Of a DNA stretch of 61,229 bases, positions 30,316 to 39,621 are shown in pieces. The DNA comes from Campylobacterales bacterium. GTDB taxonomy: Bacteria; Campylobacterota; Campylobacteria; Campylobacterales; Nautiliaceae. Made by a program: the position numbers and the translations under genes. Under the pieces are notes generated by a model. That model worked only from the letters and a program-made list of their open reading frames with translations, made no database searches and was not told the DNA's origin. The stretch is taken from the NCBI GenBank assembly GCA_027023105.1, contig JALVWY010000026.1:1-61229 (forward strand), written 5' to 3'. How positions within the stretch are numbered: position 1 is the first letter of the stretch; each line of letters starts with the position of its first letter.

Positions 30316-31198
30316 TATAGGAGATTTAAACGGTATCGGACTTGAAATCGCCCTAAAATCTCACGATAAAATCAAAAAATTAGTTGAGCCTGTTTACTGT
30401 ATAAATGAAAAAATGCTGATTAAAGGAGCTAAGCTTCTAAACTATAAAATCCCGGATGATTTTGAAATAGAAGAAGTTAAAGGAGATTTTGAAATAAATC
30501 CGGGAATTATTGATGCTAAAAGCGGAGAATATTCGTATAAATCTTTTATCAAAGCCATTGAATTAGCAAAAGAAAAAAAAGTTAACGCCATTTCAACCCT
30601 CCCTATAAATAAAGAAGCCTGGGGAAAAGCGGGACTTAAATATAAAGGTCATACGGAAGTTTTAAGAGATATTTTCCAAAAAAACGCCATTATGATGCTT
30701 GGGTGTGAAGATTTGTATGTAGCCCTTTTTACCGAGCATATTCCTTTAAAAAAGGTGCCTGAAAAAATAAAAAAAGAGAATTTAATTCAGTTTTTTATAG
30801 ATTTTTATAAATCCACAAATTTTAAAGAGATAGGAGTTTTAGCTCTAAATCCTCACGCCGGGGATGGCGGAGTTTTAGGAGATGAAGAAATTAAAGAGAT
30901 AATACCTGCTATCATAGAAGCAAATGAAATTCTTGAAAAAAATATATTTTATGGTCCCTTAGTCCCTGATATCGCTTTTACTTCAAGAAAAGGAAATTTC
31001 ATAGCGATGTATCACGACCAGGGATTAGCTCCTCTTAAAGCTTTATATTTTGACAAAAGTATAAATATCTCACTTAATCTGCCAATTCTAAGAACCTCAG
31101 TAGACCACGGAACCGCTTTTGATATAGCATATAAAGGCATTGCAAAAACTTTAAGCTACGAAAATGCGATAAAATATATCTTAAAACACAAAAATTGA
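30296..31198 (+). CDS. pdxA: 4-hydroxythreonine-4-phosphate dehydrogenase
   Basis: 300 aa. GDLNGIG, GHTE, NPHAGDGG and TSVDHGTAFD motifs. Confidence 0.93.
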   Translation: MQKVAISIGDLNGIGLEIALKSHDKIKKLVEPVYCINEKMLIKGAKLLNYKIPDDFEIEEVKGDFEINPGIIDAKSGEYSYKSFIKAIELAKEKKVNAISTLPINKEAWGKAGLKYKGHTEVLRDIFQKNAIMMLGCEDLYVALFTEHIPLKKVPEKIKKENLIQFFIDFYKSTNFKEIGVLALNPHAGDGGVLGDEEIKEIIPAIIEANEILEKNIFYGPLVPDIAFTSRKGNFIAMYHDQGLAPLKALYFDKSINISLNLPILRTSVDHGTAFDIAYKGIAKTLSYENAIKYILKHKN

Positions 31199-31254
31199 TT
31201 TAAATCAATTTTTTTATTCTCTTTTTTGATATACTAAAACAAAAAGGAGTATTA

Positions 31255-32088
31255 ATGAACTATCAACAAATAATACAAAAAACCCACGAAGATTTTATAA
31301 AATTCATATACGCAAGTGTAATGGTTCAAGAAGCGGATGTAAGACATAAATTAAACGATATTGCACTTTTTAAATACAGACATTTAGTATGGCTTATGCA
31401 AGACGGAGTTAATAAAAAAGTTCCTTTTAATATGGATTTTGAATATGAAAACATAGCAAAAATAAGAGTGGATAATTCAAGTGATTTGATTGAAATTTTA
31501 AAATCTGAACTAGATAAAAGTTTAGCTCTTTATGAAGGAATAAATGATGCCACAATAAACAGATTAAGAAGTGATGATTCTTATTTTATAGAAGAACTTG
31601 GAAGAGTTGATGTAGAAAGTAAAATCACAGCATTTAACGAAAACAAAAAACTGCCGGGTATTGAACTTAGTGATGAATCAAAAAGCGCTTTAATTTTCTT
31701 TTTAATGGAAGAAACATTTAAAGAATATGAGCTTATTACAATTTATTCTTATCTAAAAGTTCACAGTGATATAGCAGTAGCTGACGCAGCTTTTACGGAT
31801 TTGGCTTATGATTCTGTTTATCATCTAAAAAGATTTGCCGATTTAGCAAGTAAAATGGGAGTCTTAACACTGCCAAGACCAATCCCGCACGACAAATATG
31901 AAAATATAGGTGTTGTAAAATTTTTAAAAGAAAATATTGAAGAAGAAATGGACGCTGAAAAACAATGTCTTATTTTAGCTGAAAAAATAGATAACAAAGA
32001 ATTAAGCGATTTTCTATTATTTGTATCAAGACAGGAATTATATCACGGGGAATTACTTCAAAGAGCATTAAACGCTATAAATTCTTAA
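31255..32088 (+). CDS. hypothetical all-helical protein, tandem ferritin/bacterioferritin-like halves (partly degenerate ligands)
   Basis: 277 aa. The C-terminal half aligns by eye with a bacterioferritin four-helix bundle (EETFKEYE / DSVYHLKRF / EEEMDAEKQ / RQELYHGE). The N-terminal half has the same helix pattern without the ExxH ligands. Confidence 0.5.
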   Translation: MNYQQIIQKTHEDFIKFIYASVMVQEADVRHKLNDIALFKYRHLVWLMQDGVNKKVPFNMDFEYENIAKIRVDNSSDLIEILKSELDKSLALYEGINDATINRLRSDDSYFIEELGRVDVESKITAFNENKKLPGIELSDESKSALIFFLMEETFKEYELITIYSYLKVHSDIAVADAAFTDLAYDSVYHLKRFADLASKMGVLTLPRPIPHDKYENIGVVKFLKENIEEEMDAEKQCLILAEKIDNKELSDFLLFVSRQELYHGELLQRALNAINS

Positions 32089-32135
32089 TTCTCTTTTTTC
32101 TTATAAAAACACTAAAATAATAAAAAAGAAGAAGA

Positions 32136-32696
32136 TTAAGAATTAGCTTTTGCTAAAACTTCTTCCGCAGCTTGATATCCCAGTTCAAAAGCTTTTTTAT
32201 TAATTTCAACAGCTTTAGGAGGAACTGTAGCTATCATAGTATCAAAAACCATTTCTCTATCCAGATTATTCATTTTTGTAGCTATTGCAAGAGCTACAAC
32301 AGATTGAGTAATAACATTTCCTACTTTTTCTTTAGCAATAGCAATTATTTCAATAGGGAACATTTTCCATCTGGCTTTGTCATCATCACTAGGATATACA
32401 AGATTCGGTTCATATACAATAATTCCACCGTCTTTTACACCCTCTTTAAAAAGTTGATAAGATTTATCTGCAACACTTAGCATAAAATCAATTTCCCCGT
32501 CAACCGCATAAGGATAAAGAATTTGTTCATCATCTAAAATAATATCAACTTTAGTAGCTCCCCCTCTTACTTGAGAAGTATAAGTTCCTACTTGAATCCC
32601 ATATTTTCCCGCTCTTACATAAGACCTAGCCAAAATTTCACCGGCAAGAAGGACACCTTGTCCTCCAACCCCTGTAAATCTAAGTTGTTTTCTCAT
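32136..32696 (-). CDS. oorC: 2-oxoglutarate:ferredoxin oxidoreductase, gamma subunit
   Basis: 186 aa. FTGVGGQGVLLAGEILA motif. Last gene of the oorDABC order. Confidence 0.9.
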   Translation of the reverse strand: MRKQLRFTGVGGQGVLLAGEILARSYVRAGKYGIQVGTYTSQVRGGATKVDIILDDEQILYPYAVDGEIDFMLSVADKSYQLFKEGVKDGGIIVYEPNLVYPSDDDKARWKMFPIEIIAIAKEKVGNVITQSVVALAIATKMNNLDREMVFDTMIATVPPKAVEINKKAFELGYQAAEEVLAKANS

Positions 32697-32698
32697 TA

Positions 32699-33526
32699 TT
32701 AACCCCTTACTCTGTCTATTAATTTATAATATTCTTCACAATATTCAGGTTCTTCCACATGATGTAAAATACCTCTTGGTTTTACACCTTTTTGTTTAAG
32801 TTCATATTTTTCTTCTTCGCTTAATTTGTCCCATTTGTTTTTAGCAATTAAGTTTCCTTCAATCCAATCCATATTTTGTTTAGCCTGTGCCATTTTGTTT
32901 TTTCTACCGAAGTTAACATGACAGTTTGAATTAACATCAAAGAAACTAAATCCTTTATGTTCAAATCCTTTAATAAACATTCTTTCAAGTTTTTGAGCTT
33001 CAGCTACAGATTCTCTTGCTACAAATGTAGCCCCTGCACCTTTAGCCAGTTCACAAGCATCAAAAGTCGGGTCAATATTTCCATATTGAGTAGTTACTGA
33101 CCAAGCACCTTTTGGAGTTGTCGGAGATACTTGAGAGTTTGTAAGACCGTAAATAAAGTTATTAATTAAAATAAAGTTCAAATCAATATTTCTTCTACAT
33201 CCGTGAATTGTATGGTTACCACCAATTGCAAGTCCGTCACCGTCACCCGCTACAACGATTACATGTTTATCAGGATTTGCCAGTTTAACTCCTGTTGCAT
33301 AAGCCACGGTTCTTCCGTGCGTTGTATGAACAGTATTTGCATCAATATAGCTTGAAAATCTTCCGCTACATCCGATTCCTGATACTACACATACATCATT
33401 TTTATCCCAGCCAAGTTTTGCCATAGCTCTGATAACGGCTTTCATAATAATACCATCACCACATCCCCAACACCAAAGTGTCGGCATTTTATCCGTTCTT
33501 AAATAATAATCATAATTAAACGCCAT
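32699..33526 (-). CDS. oorB: 2-oxoglutarate:ferredoxin oxidoreductase, beta (TPP-binding) subunit
   Basis: 275 aa. WCWGCGDG, GIGCS and GDGDGLAIGGNH TPP motif. Confidence 0.92.
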   Translation of the reverse strand: MAFNYDYYLRTDKMPTLWCWGCGDGIIMKAVIRAMAKLGWDKNDVCVVSGIGCSGRFSSYIDANTVHTTHGRTVAYATGVKLANPDKHVIVVAGDGDGLAIGGNHTIHGCRRNIDLNFILINNFIYGLTNSQVSPTTPKGAWSVTTQYGNIDPTFDACELAKGAGATFVARESVAEAQKLERMFIKGFEHKGFSFFDVNSNCHVNFGRKNKMAQAKQNMDWIEGNLIAKNKWDKLSEEEKYELKQKGVKPRGILHHVEEPEYCEEYYKLIDRVRG

Positions 33527-33535
33527 TTTAACTCC

Positions 33536-34675
33536 TTATACCATTTCTTTTATTTTTGCTTTAAATTCTTCAGGACTTATAGGTCTTCCGTTTGCTTTAA
33601 ATAAAGTTTCAAATTCACTCGCTTTTTTACCGCTTGCTCTTTGAATTTCATTAAAATATTGCCCTTTATTCATTTCGGCTACTAAGATTTTGTCAAATTT
33701 ATGACAAAGTTCGTCTATTTTTTCTTCCGGAGACGGCCATAAAGTAATAGGTCTAAACAATCCTACTTTAATTCCTTCTTTTCTAAGCTGTCTAATTGCT
33801 TCTTTAGCAGATAAACTAACGCTTCCATACGCGATAATCATAATATCCGCATCATCTAACATAAATTCTTCATAACTTTCAATTTCATCTTTGTGAGCTA
33901 AAATTTTATTGAACAGTCTGTCAATCAATTCTTGACACATTTTTGCATCTTCAGTAGGGAATCCCGTAGGTCCGTGATGAAGCCCCGTAATATGATATCT
34001 GTATCCTTTAAAAAACGGATTTAAGATTGCAGGTTCATCTGATGGCACATTATAAGGTTCATATGTTGCCGCATCACCTTCATAAACTCTTCTTTCAACT
34101 AAATTTCCTTGAACTTCTTCAATATCAGGCAATTCCGCTTTTCCTACCATATGCCCAAGTGTTTCATCAAGTAACACAAATACAGGTGTCATAAATCTTT
34201 CTGCTAAATTAAATGCTCTAACTGTTTCCGTGTAACATTCATCCAAGCTTCCTGCACATAGCGTAATTGACTGATAATCACCATGCGTTGGCGCTTGAGC
34301 TTGAAGAATATCTTGTTGAGCCGGTCTTGTAGGAAGCCCCGTTGATGGTCCGCCTCTCATTACATTTGTAATTACTAAAGGAACTTCACCCATAAAAGCA
34401 AGACCTATTTGCTCAGCTTTAAGTGAAATACCGGGACCTGATGTATTTGTCATAGATTTAACTCCACTCATACTTGAGCCTAAGGCTACTGAAATACCTG
34501 CTATTTCATCTTCCATTTGTATAAAAACTCCGCCTACTTTCGGTAACATTTTACTCATTTCGTGAGCAATTTCACTTGAAGGTGTAAGTGGATAACCTCC
34601 AAAAAATTTACAACCGGCATCAATAGCCGCTTTTGCTGCAAGTTGATTTCCAGTAGATACTACTTCTCTTGACAT
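33536..34675 (-). CDS. oorA: 2-oxoglutarate:ferredoxin oxidoreductase, alpha subunit
   Basis: 379 aa. GNQLAAKAAIDAGCKFFGGYPLTPSSEI, typical of OFOR alpha subunits. Confidence 0.92.
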   Translation of the reverse strand: MSREVVSTGNQLAAKAAIDAGCKFFGGYPLTPSSEIAHEMSKMLPKVGGVFIQMEDEIAGISVALGSSMSGVKSMTNTSGPGISLKAEQIGLAFMGEVPLVITNVMRGGPSTGLPTRPAQQDILQAQAPTHGDYQSITLCAGSLDECYTETVRAFNLAERFMTPVFVLLDETLGHMVGKAELPDIEEVQGNLVERRVYEGDAATYEPYNVPSDEPAILNPFFKGYRYHITGLHHGPTGFPTEDAKMCQELIDRLFNKILAHKDEIESYEEFMLDDADIMIIAYGSVSLSAKEAIRQLRKEGIKVGLFRPITLWPSPEEKIDELCHKFDKILVAEMNKGQYFNEIQRASGKKASEFETLFKANGRPISPEEFKAKIKEMV

Positions 34676-34972
34676 TTATTCTCCTTTTAACTTTTTAACT
34701 TCATTAAGTTTTTTAAATTTATATTCTTTTCTTTCAGCTACAAAAATACAAAAATCAGGACATTCAAGTTCACACTCTTTACATCCTATACAATACTCAG
34801 GATGAGTAACTTTTACCATTTGTCCTAAGATATTATGAGGGTCCGGAACCATTTCAAGAACTCCTGTCGGACAAAAATCAACACATAAATCACAGCTTTT
34901 ACATTTTGCTTCATCCACCCACACAGGTGTGTTTTCAGGTGCTTTTAATTTAAAATCTACATTTAAAGCCAT
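34676..34972 (-). CDS. oorD: 2-oxoglutarate:ferredoxin oxidoreductase, delta (2x[4Fe-4S] ferredoxin) subunit
   Basis: 98 aa. Two cluster motifs, CKSCDLCVDFCP and CIGCKECELECP. Confidence 0.88.
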   Translation of the reverse strand: MALNVDFKLKAPENTPVWVDEAKCKSCDLCVDFCPTGVLEMVPDPHNILGQMVKVTHPEYCIGCKECELECPDFCIFVAERKEYKFKKLNEVKKLKGE

Positions 34973-35126
34973 TTAGTCTCCTTTTACTTTTCTTTACATA
35001 AATATGATACCCAAATAAACACTAAAAATCTCTTATTTTAATATTTTGTATATTAAATTGTTACGAATAGTAATAAAATAAATTGAAAATTTATAAAAAT
35101 AATAAAAAAAAGAAGATAAAAAGAAG

Positions 35127-35150
35127 CCAAAAAATCTTTTGATTTTTTGG
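35127..35150 (-). terminator. rho-independent terminator candidate after sucD
   Basis: Perfect 10-bp inverted repeat CCAAAAAATC-tttt-GATTTTTTGG, 5 nt downstream of the sucD stop. On the minus strand it is followed by a U-rich tract (cttctttttatcttctttttttt). The stem is AT-rich, so modest strength. Confidence 0.5.
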
Positions 35151-35154
35151 ATAA

Positions 35155-36033
35155 TTATTTTTTCTCTGCTAGAGCTTTTACTACAGTAGCACCGATATCT
35201 GCAGGAGATTCCACAACATAAGCACCAGCTTCTTTAAGTGCTTGCATTTTTTCTGCTGCTGTTCCTTTGCTTCCGCTGATAATTGCACCTGCATGCCCCA
35301 TTCTTTTACCTTTAGGAGCTGTTTGACCTGCAATAAATGCAATTACAGGTTTTGTAATTTGTTCTTTAATAAGTTTTGCCGCTTGAATTTCCAAATCTCC
35401 ACCGATTTCACCAATCATAACGATTGCTTCTGTTTCAGGGTCCGCTTCAAACATAGGAAGAAGTTGTTTATAGCTAAGCCCGATAATAGGGTCTCCACCA
35501 ATACCAATAGCGGTAGTGATTCCAAATCCTGCTTTTACAACTTGATTACTTGCTTCATAAGTAAGTGTTCCCGATTTAGAAATAAGCCCTACATTTCCTT
35601 TTTTAAAAATATTACCGGGCATAATTCCAAGTTTACACTCTTCTGCCGTAATAATTCCCGGACAGTTCGGTCCTATTGTCATCATACCTTTTTTTTGTGC
35701 ATAATGTTTTGCATACATCATATCTTTAACAGGTGCACCTTCTGTAATAATAACTGCCAGTTCAATTCCCCCATCAGCCGCTTCCATAACAGCATCCGCA
35801 ACAAATGCAGGCGGAACGAAAATCATACTAACAGTTGCATCAGTAGCTTGAACGGCTTCTTCAACCGTATTAAACACAGGTTTTCCAAGATGTGTCATTC
35901 CACCTTTATTCGGAGTAACACCTCCTACAATATTAGTTCCGTATGCCATACATTGTTCAGCATGAAAAGTCCCTTCTTTTCCCGTAAATCCTTGAACGAT
36001 TGCTTTTGTGTCTTTATTTACTAAAATACTCAT
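35155..36033 (-). CDS. sucD: succinyl-CoA synthetase alpha subunit
   Basis: 292 aa. [21 protein letters not shown], and GHAGAIISG containing the phosphohistidine. Confidence 0.96.
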   Translation of the reverse strand: MSILVNKDTKAIVQGFTGKEGTFHAEQCMAYGTNIVGGVTPNKGGMTHLGKPVFNTVEEAVQATDATVSMIFVPPAFVADAVMEAADGGIELAVIITEGAPVKDMMYAKHYAQKKGMMTIGPNCPGIITAEECKLGIMPGNIFKKGNVGLISKSGTLTYEASNQVVKAGFGITTAIGIGGDPIIGLSYKQLLPMFEADPETEAIVMIGEIGGDLEIQAAKLIKEQITKPVIAFIAGQTAPKGKRMGHAGAIISGSKGTAAEKMQALKEAGAYVVESPADIGATVVKALAEKK

Positions 36034-37205
36034 TATTTATCTCCTTTCGCAACAGCAACTGCTTTTTTTGCTCCGTCTTCCAAATCAGTAGCAGGAATAA
36101 TATTTTGAATATTTGCATTTCTAAGTATTTCCGCCGCTTCAATAGCATTTGTTCCATCAAGTCTTACAACAACAGGAACGCTCACTTCAACTCTTTTAGT
36201 CGCTTCTAAAATACCGTTTGCAACTCTGTCACATCTAACAATTCCGCCGAAAATATTTACAAAAATAGATTTAACATTTTTATCGCTTAAAATAATTTCA
36301 AATCCTTTTGCAACAGTATCAGGATTTGCCGCTCCACCAACATCAAGGAAGTTTGCCGGTTCTCCGCCTTCATGTTTAATAATATCCATTGTAGCCATTG
36401 CAAGACCTGCACCGTTTACCATACATCCGACATTTCCGTCAAGTTTAATATAACTTAATCCATGTCTTTTTGCTTCCGCTTCTGTCGGTTCTTCTTCGTC
36501 TAAATCTCTCATTTCTGCAATTTCATGATGTTTGTAAAGTGCATTATCATCAAATCCCATTTTTGCATCAAGTGCTATAAATTTACCTTCACCTGTTTTG
36601 ATAAGCGGATTAATTTCTATCATTTCAGCATCATTATCCATATAAACATTATAAAGTGCCGCTGCAAATTTTATAAAAGATTTTTGTTCATCTTTACCAA
36701 GACCTAGTCCAAATGCAAGTTTTCTTGCATGAAAAGGCTTAAATCCGATAGTCGGGTCAATAGCCACTTTTACGATTTTTTCAGGTGTCTTAGCCGCAAC
36801 TTCTTCAATTTCCATACCACCTTCAGTACTAGCCATCATAACAGGCATTTCAAGAGCTCTGTCAAGAACCATTCCAAGGTAATATTCAGCCTTAATATCG
36901 GCACCTTCTTCAATATAAACTTTTTTTACTACTTTTCCTTCAGGTCCTGTTTGATGAGTAACAAGAGTCATTCCAAGCATTTCGTTTGCAATTTCTTCAA
37001 CTTCATCTAAGCTTTTAGCAAGTTTAACACCACCTGCTTTTCCTCTACCACCTGCGTGAATTTGAGCTTTTACAACCCATAAATCACTGTCAAGGTCTTC
37101 TGCTACCCTTCTGGCTTCTTCCGAACTAAAAGCAACTCCACCCTCCGGAGTAGGCACACCGTATTTTCTAAATACTTCTTTTGCTTGATATTCATGTATA
37201 TTCAT
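36033..37205 (-). CDS. sucC: succinyl-CoA synthetase beta subunit
   Basis: 390 aa. [10 protein letters not shown] start and ATP-grasp region. 1-nt stop/start overlap with sucD. Confidence 0.96.
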   Translation of the reverse strand: MNIHEYQAKEVFRKYGVPTPEGGVAFSSEEARRVAEDLDSDLWVVKAQIHAGGRGKAGGVKLAKSLDEVEEIANEMLGMTLVTHQTGPEGKVVKKVYIEEGADIKAEYYLGMVLDRALEMPVMMASTEGGMEIEEVAAKTPEKIVKVAIDPTIGFKPFHARKLAFGLGLGKDEQKSFIKFAAALYNVYMDNDAEMIEINPLIKTGEGKFIALDAKMGFDDNALYKHHEIAEMRDLDEEEPTEAEAKRHGLSYIKLDGNVGCMVNGAGLAMATMDIIKHEGGEPANFLDVGGAANPDTVAKGFEIILSDKNVKSIFVNIFGGIVRCDRVANGILEATKRVEVSVPVVVRLDGTNAIEAAEILRNANIQNIIPATDLEDGAKKAVAVAKGDK

Positions 37206-37219
37206 TTATTCTCCTTTCT

Positions 37220-37774
37220 TTATTTTTGTTCCCAAAGTTTTCTGCCTTCTTCATAAAGGTCATTACCGTATGTATCATTTACAACTACCACTGGAAAATC
37301 CTCAACTTCTATTCTTCTAACGGCTTCTGGACCAAGCTCAGGGTAAGCTATAACTTCGGCTTTTTTAATAGCTTTTGCTATAAGTGCGGCTGCTCCGCCG
37401 GTTGCACCGAAATAAACAGCTTTATATTTTTTACAAGCATCTTTTACAGCTTCGTTTCTTTTACCCTTACCTATCATTCCTTTAAGCCCGTGTTCAATTA
37501 AGATAGGAGCATAAGGGTCCATTCTGTAACTTGTAGTAGGTCCGGCGCTTCCAATTGGATTTCCGGGTTTTGGAGGTGTCGGTCCTACATAATAAATTAC
37601 AGTTCCTTTTACATCAAAAGGGAGTTCTTCCCCGCTTAATATTAAATCTACAAGTCTTTTATGTGCAGCGTCTCTTGCGGTATACATTACCCCGCTTAAA
37701 TAGACAATATCACCTGATTTTAATTTACTTACATCTTCATCGTTTAAAGGTGTTTTTAATTTATATTCTGCCAT
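37220..37774 (-). CDS. class I (Fe-S) fumarate hydratase, beta/C-terminal subunit
   Basis: 184 aa. GPTTSYRMD and IGKGKR motifs of FumA/TtdB-type hydrolyase C-terminal domains. Confidence 0.88.
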   Translation of the reverse strand: MAEYKLKTPLNDEDVSKLKSGDIVYLSGVMYTARDAAHKRLVDLILSGEELPFDVKGTVIYYVGPTPPKPGNPIGSAGPTTSYRMDPYAPILIEHGLKGMIGKGKRNEAVKDACKKYKAVYFGATGGAAALIAKAIKKAEVIAYPELGPEAVRRIEVEDFPVVVVNDTYGNDLYEEGRKLWEQK

Positions 37775-37784
37775 CTTTTATCCT

Positions 37785-38645
37785 TTAAATTGTTATATGT
37801 GAATGTCTGGAACTGTGACATTGAATATTTACCGCCACCGGAAGTGAGGCGATATGGCACATTCTGTTTTCATATGTTTCTATATGAACAGCTAAAACAG
37901 TCTCTGTTCCTCCCATTCCCATAGCACCGATTCCAAGTTTATTAAGTTCCTCTTTTAGCTCTTTTTCAAGTGCATCAAGTTCCGGGTCGGGATTTGGCGT
38001 TCCTATATTTCTAAAAAGAGAATGTTTACTCATTACAGCAGACATATCAAAGCTTCCGCCAATTCCAACACCCACTACAAGCGGAGGACAAGGGTTAGGA
38101 CCTGCATCGCTTACCACTTTTCTTACAAATTCTTTAATTCCTTCTTTTCCGGCAGCAGGAGCTAAAACAGTAGCACGGCTTACATTTTCGCTTCCTCCGC
38201 CTTTTGCCGCATATTCAATATCGATTTTATCACCTTCAACCAAATCAAAATAAATAATAGGAGGTAAATTATATCCTGCTTTATCTTTAAGATTTGCTCT
38301 GCTGAAACAGTCACAAGTAGACGCTCTTAAATATCCTTCTTCATATCCTTTTGCAGTTCCTTCATAAATAGCTTCTTTAAGCGTTCCGCCTTCTACTTTT
38401 ACATCGGTTCCCACTTTTACAAAATAAATAGCAAGACCTGTATCTTGGCACAAAGGTTTCCACTCTTTTTCGGCAATAACAGCATTTTCAAGAAGCTGAG
38501 CCAAAACTGCACGAGAAACTTCACTTTTTTCATTTTCATAAGCCTCTTCAAGTGCTTTTTGCATATCAGGGGCTAAATGTGTAGTAGAATAAATAATCAT
38601 ATCTTTAATAGATTTGACTATATCCTCATATTTTACAACTCTCAT
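37785..38645 (-). CDS. class I (Fe-S) fumarate hydratase, alpha/N-terminal subunit
   Basis: 286 aa. CQDTGLA and GVGIGG motifs and conserved Cys ligands of the [4Fe-4S] hydrolyase N-terminal domain. Confidence 0.88.
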   Translation of the reverse strand: MRVVKYEDIVKSIKDMIIYSTTHLAPDMQKALEEAYENEKSEVSRAVLAQLLENAVIAEKEWKPLCQDTGLAIYFVKVGTDVKVEGGTLKEAIYEGTAKGYEEGYLRASTCDCFSRANLKDKAGYNLPPIIYFDLVEGDKIDIEYAAKGGGSENVSRATVLAPAAGKEGIKEFVRKVVSDAGPNPCPPLVVGVGIGGSFDMSAVMSKHSLFRNIGTPNPDPELDALEKELKEELNKLGIGAMGMGGTETVLAVHIETYENRMCHIASLPVAVNIQCHSSRHSHITI

Positions 38646-38648
38646 TTT

Positions 38649-39593
38649 TTATCCTTTAAAAAATTCTTTTTCTAATATATCAATCATTTCTTGAACTGCA
38701 GCCGTTGATTTTCTAAACTGCTCTCTTTCACACGGGTCAAGCGTAACTTCTATAACTTTTTCAGCTCCATTTCCACCAAGCATTACAGGCACACCGTTTA
38801 CTACATTATTAACCCCGTATTCGCCTTCAAGCATTACAGCGCAAGGGAATATCTGTTTTGAATCTTTAAGTATCGCTTCAACCATAATGGCTGTAGATTT
38901 TCCCGGTGCAAAATAAGCGCTCCCCGTTTGGAGATACCCTACTATTTCCGCTCCTGCGTGTTTTGTTCTTTCAACTACTTCTTCAATCTCTTTTTGAGAT
39001 AATAAATCACTAAGAGGAACCCCGGCAATAGTTGAATATCTTGGAAGAGGAACCATAAAATCACCATGCCCGCCTATTACACTGGCTCTGATTTGTCCTG
39101 CTCCGTAACCCAGTTTTTCATAAATAAAATAAGCCATTCTGGCACTGTCAAGTATTCCGGCCATTCCGATTACCTGATTTCTAGGAAAATTCCCTACTTT
39201 TAAAGCAGTATAAGTCATTGCATCAAGAGGATTTGAAACGGTTATAATTACAGCCTCAGGAGCCACTTTTTTTATATTTAAAACGACATCTTCCATAATT
39301 TCTGCATTCTTAATAAGTAAATCTTCTCTAGTCATACCGGGCTTTCTTGGGAACCCTGCAGTAATAACGATAACTTTTGAATCTTTTAAATCTTCATATG
39401 ACTCTGCCGCCCTAACAATAGAATGGCTTCTTACGGCACTTGCGGCATGGCTCATATCAAGAGCTTTACCTTTAGCTCTGTTTGTGTCTCTATCTACTAA
39501 GATAATTTCATGTGCAAGCCCTTGCATTGCAAGAGAATAAGCAACTATACTTCCTACATTTCCTGCACCTACTATTGATACTTTGTTACTCAT
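38649..39593 (-). CDS. mdh: malate dehydrogenase (LDH-like type)
   Basis: 314 aa. VSIVGAGNVG Rossmann motif, ITAGFPRKPGMTREDL, and IGGHGD. Confidence 0.93.
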   Translation of the reverse strand: MSNKVSIVGAGNVGSIVAYSLAMQGLAHEIILVDRDTNRAKGKALDMSHAASAVRSHSIVRAAESYEDLKDSKVIVITAGFPRKPGMTREDLLIKNAEIMEDVVLNIKKVAPEAVIITVSNPLDAMTYTALKVGNFPRNQVIGMAGILDSARMAYFIYEKLGYGAGQIRASVIGGHGDFMVPLPRYSTIAGVPLSDLLSQKEIEEVVERTKHAGAEIVGYLQTGSAYFAPGKSTAIMVEAILKDSKQIFPCAVMLEGEYGVNNVVNGVPVMLGGNGAEKVIEVTLDPCEREQFRKSTAAVQEMIDILEKEFFKG

Positions 39594-39621
39594 TTTTAAC
39601 CTTTAAAGAAAAAAAGAGCAA

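Noticed and set aside
35037-35057. AT-only inverted repeat TTTAATAT-N5-ATATTAAA upstream of oorD
   Set aside because: It is an 8-bp palindrome made only of A and T in a very AT-rich spacer, so it is likely to arise by chance. It has no second copy or obvious relation to a -10/-35.
35242-36024. 260-aa Cys-rich ORF on the plus strand, the longest unexplained ORF in the track
   Set aside because: It is exactly codon-aligned antisense to sucD. It stays open only because sucD avoids TTA, CTA and TCA codons, whose reverse complements are stops. Its composition (Cys, Phe, Asn, Ser) is the mirror of Ala, Lys, Ile and Gly codons. It has no RBS and looks like a shadow ORF caused by codon bias.
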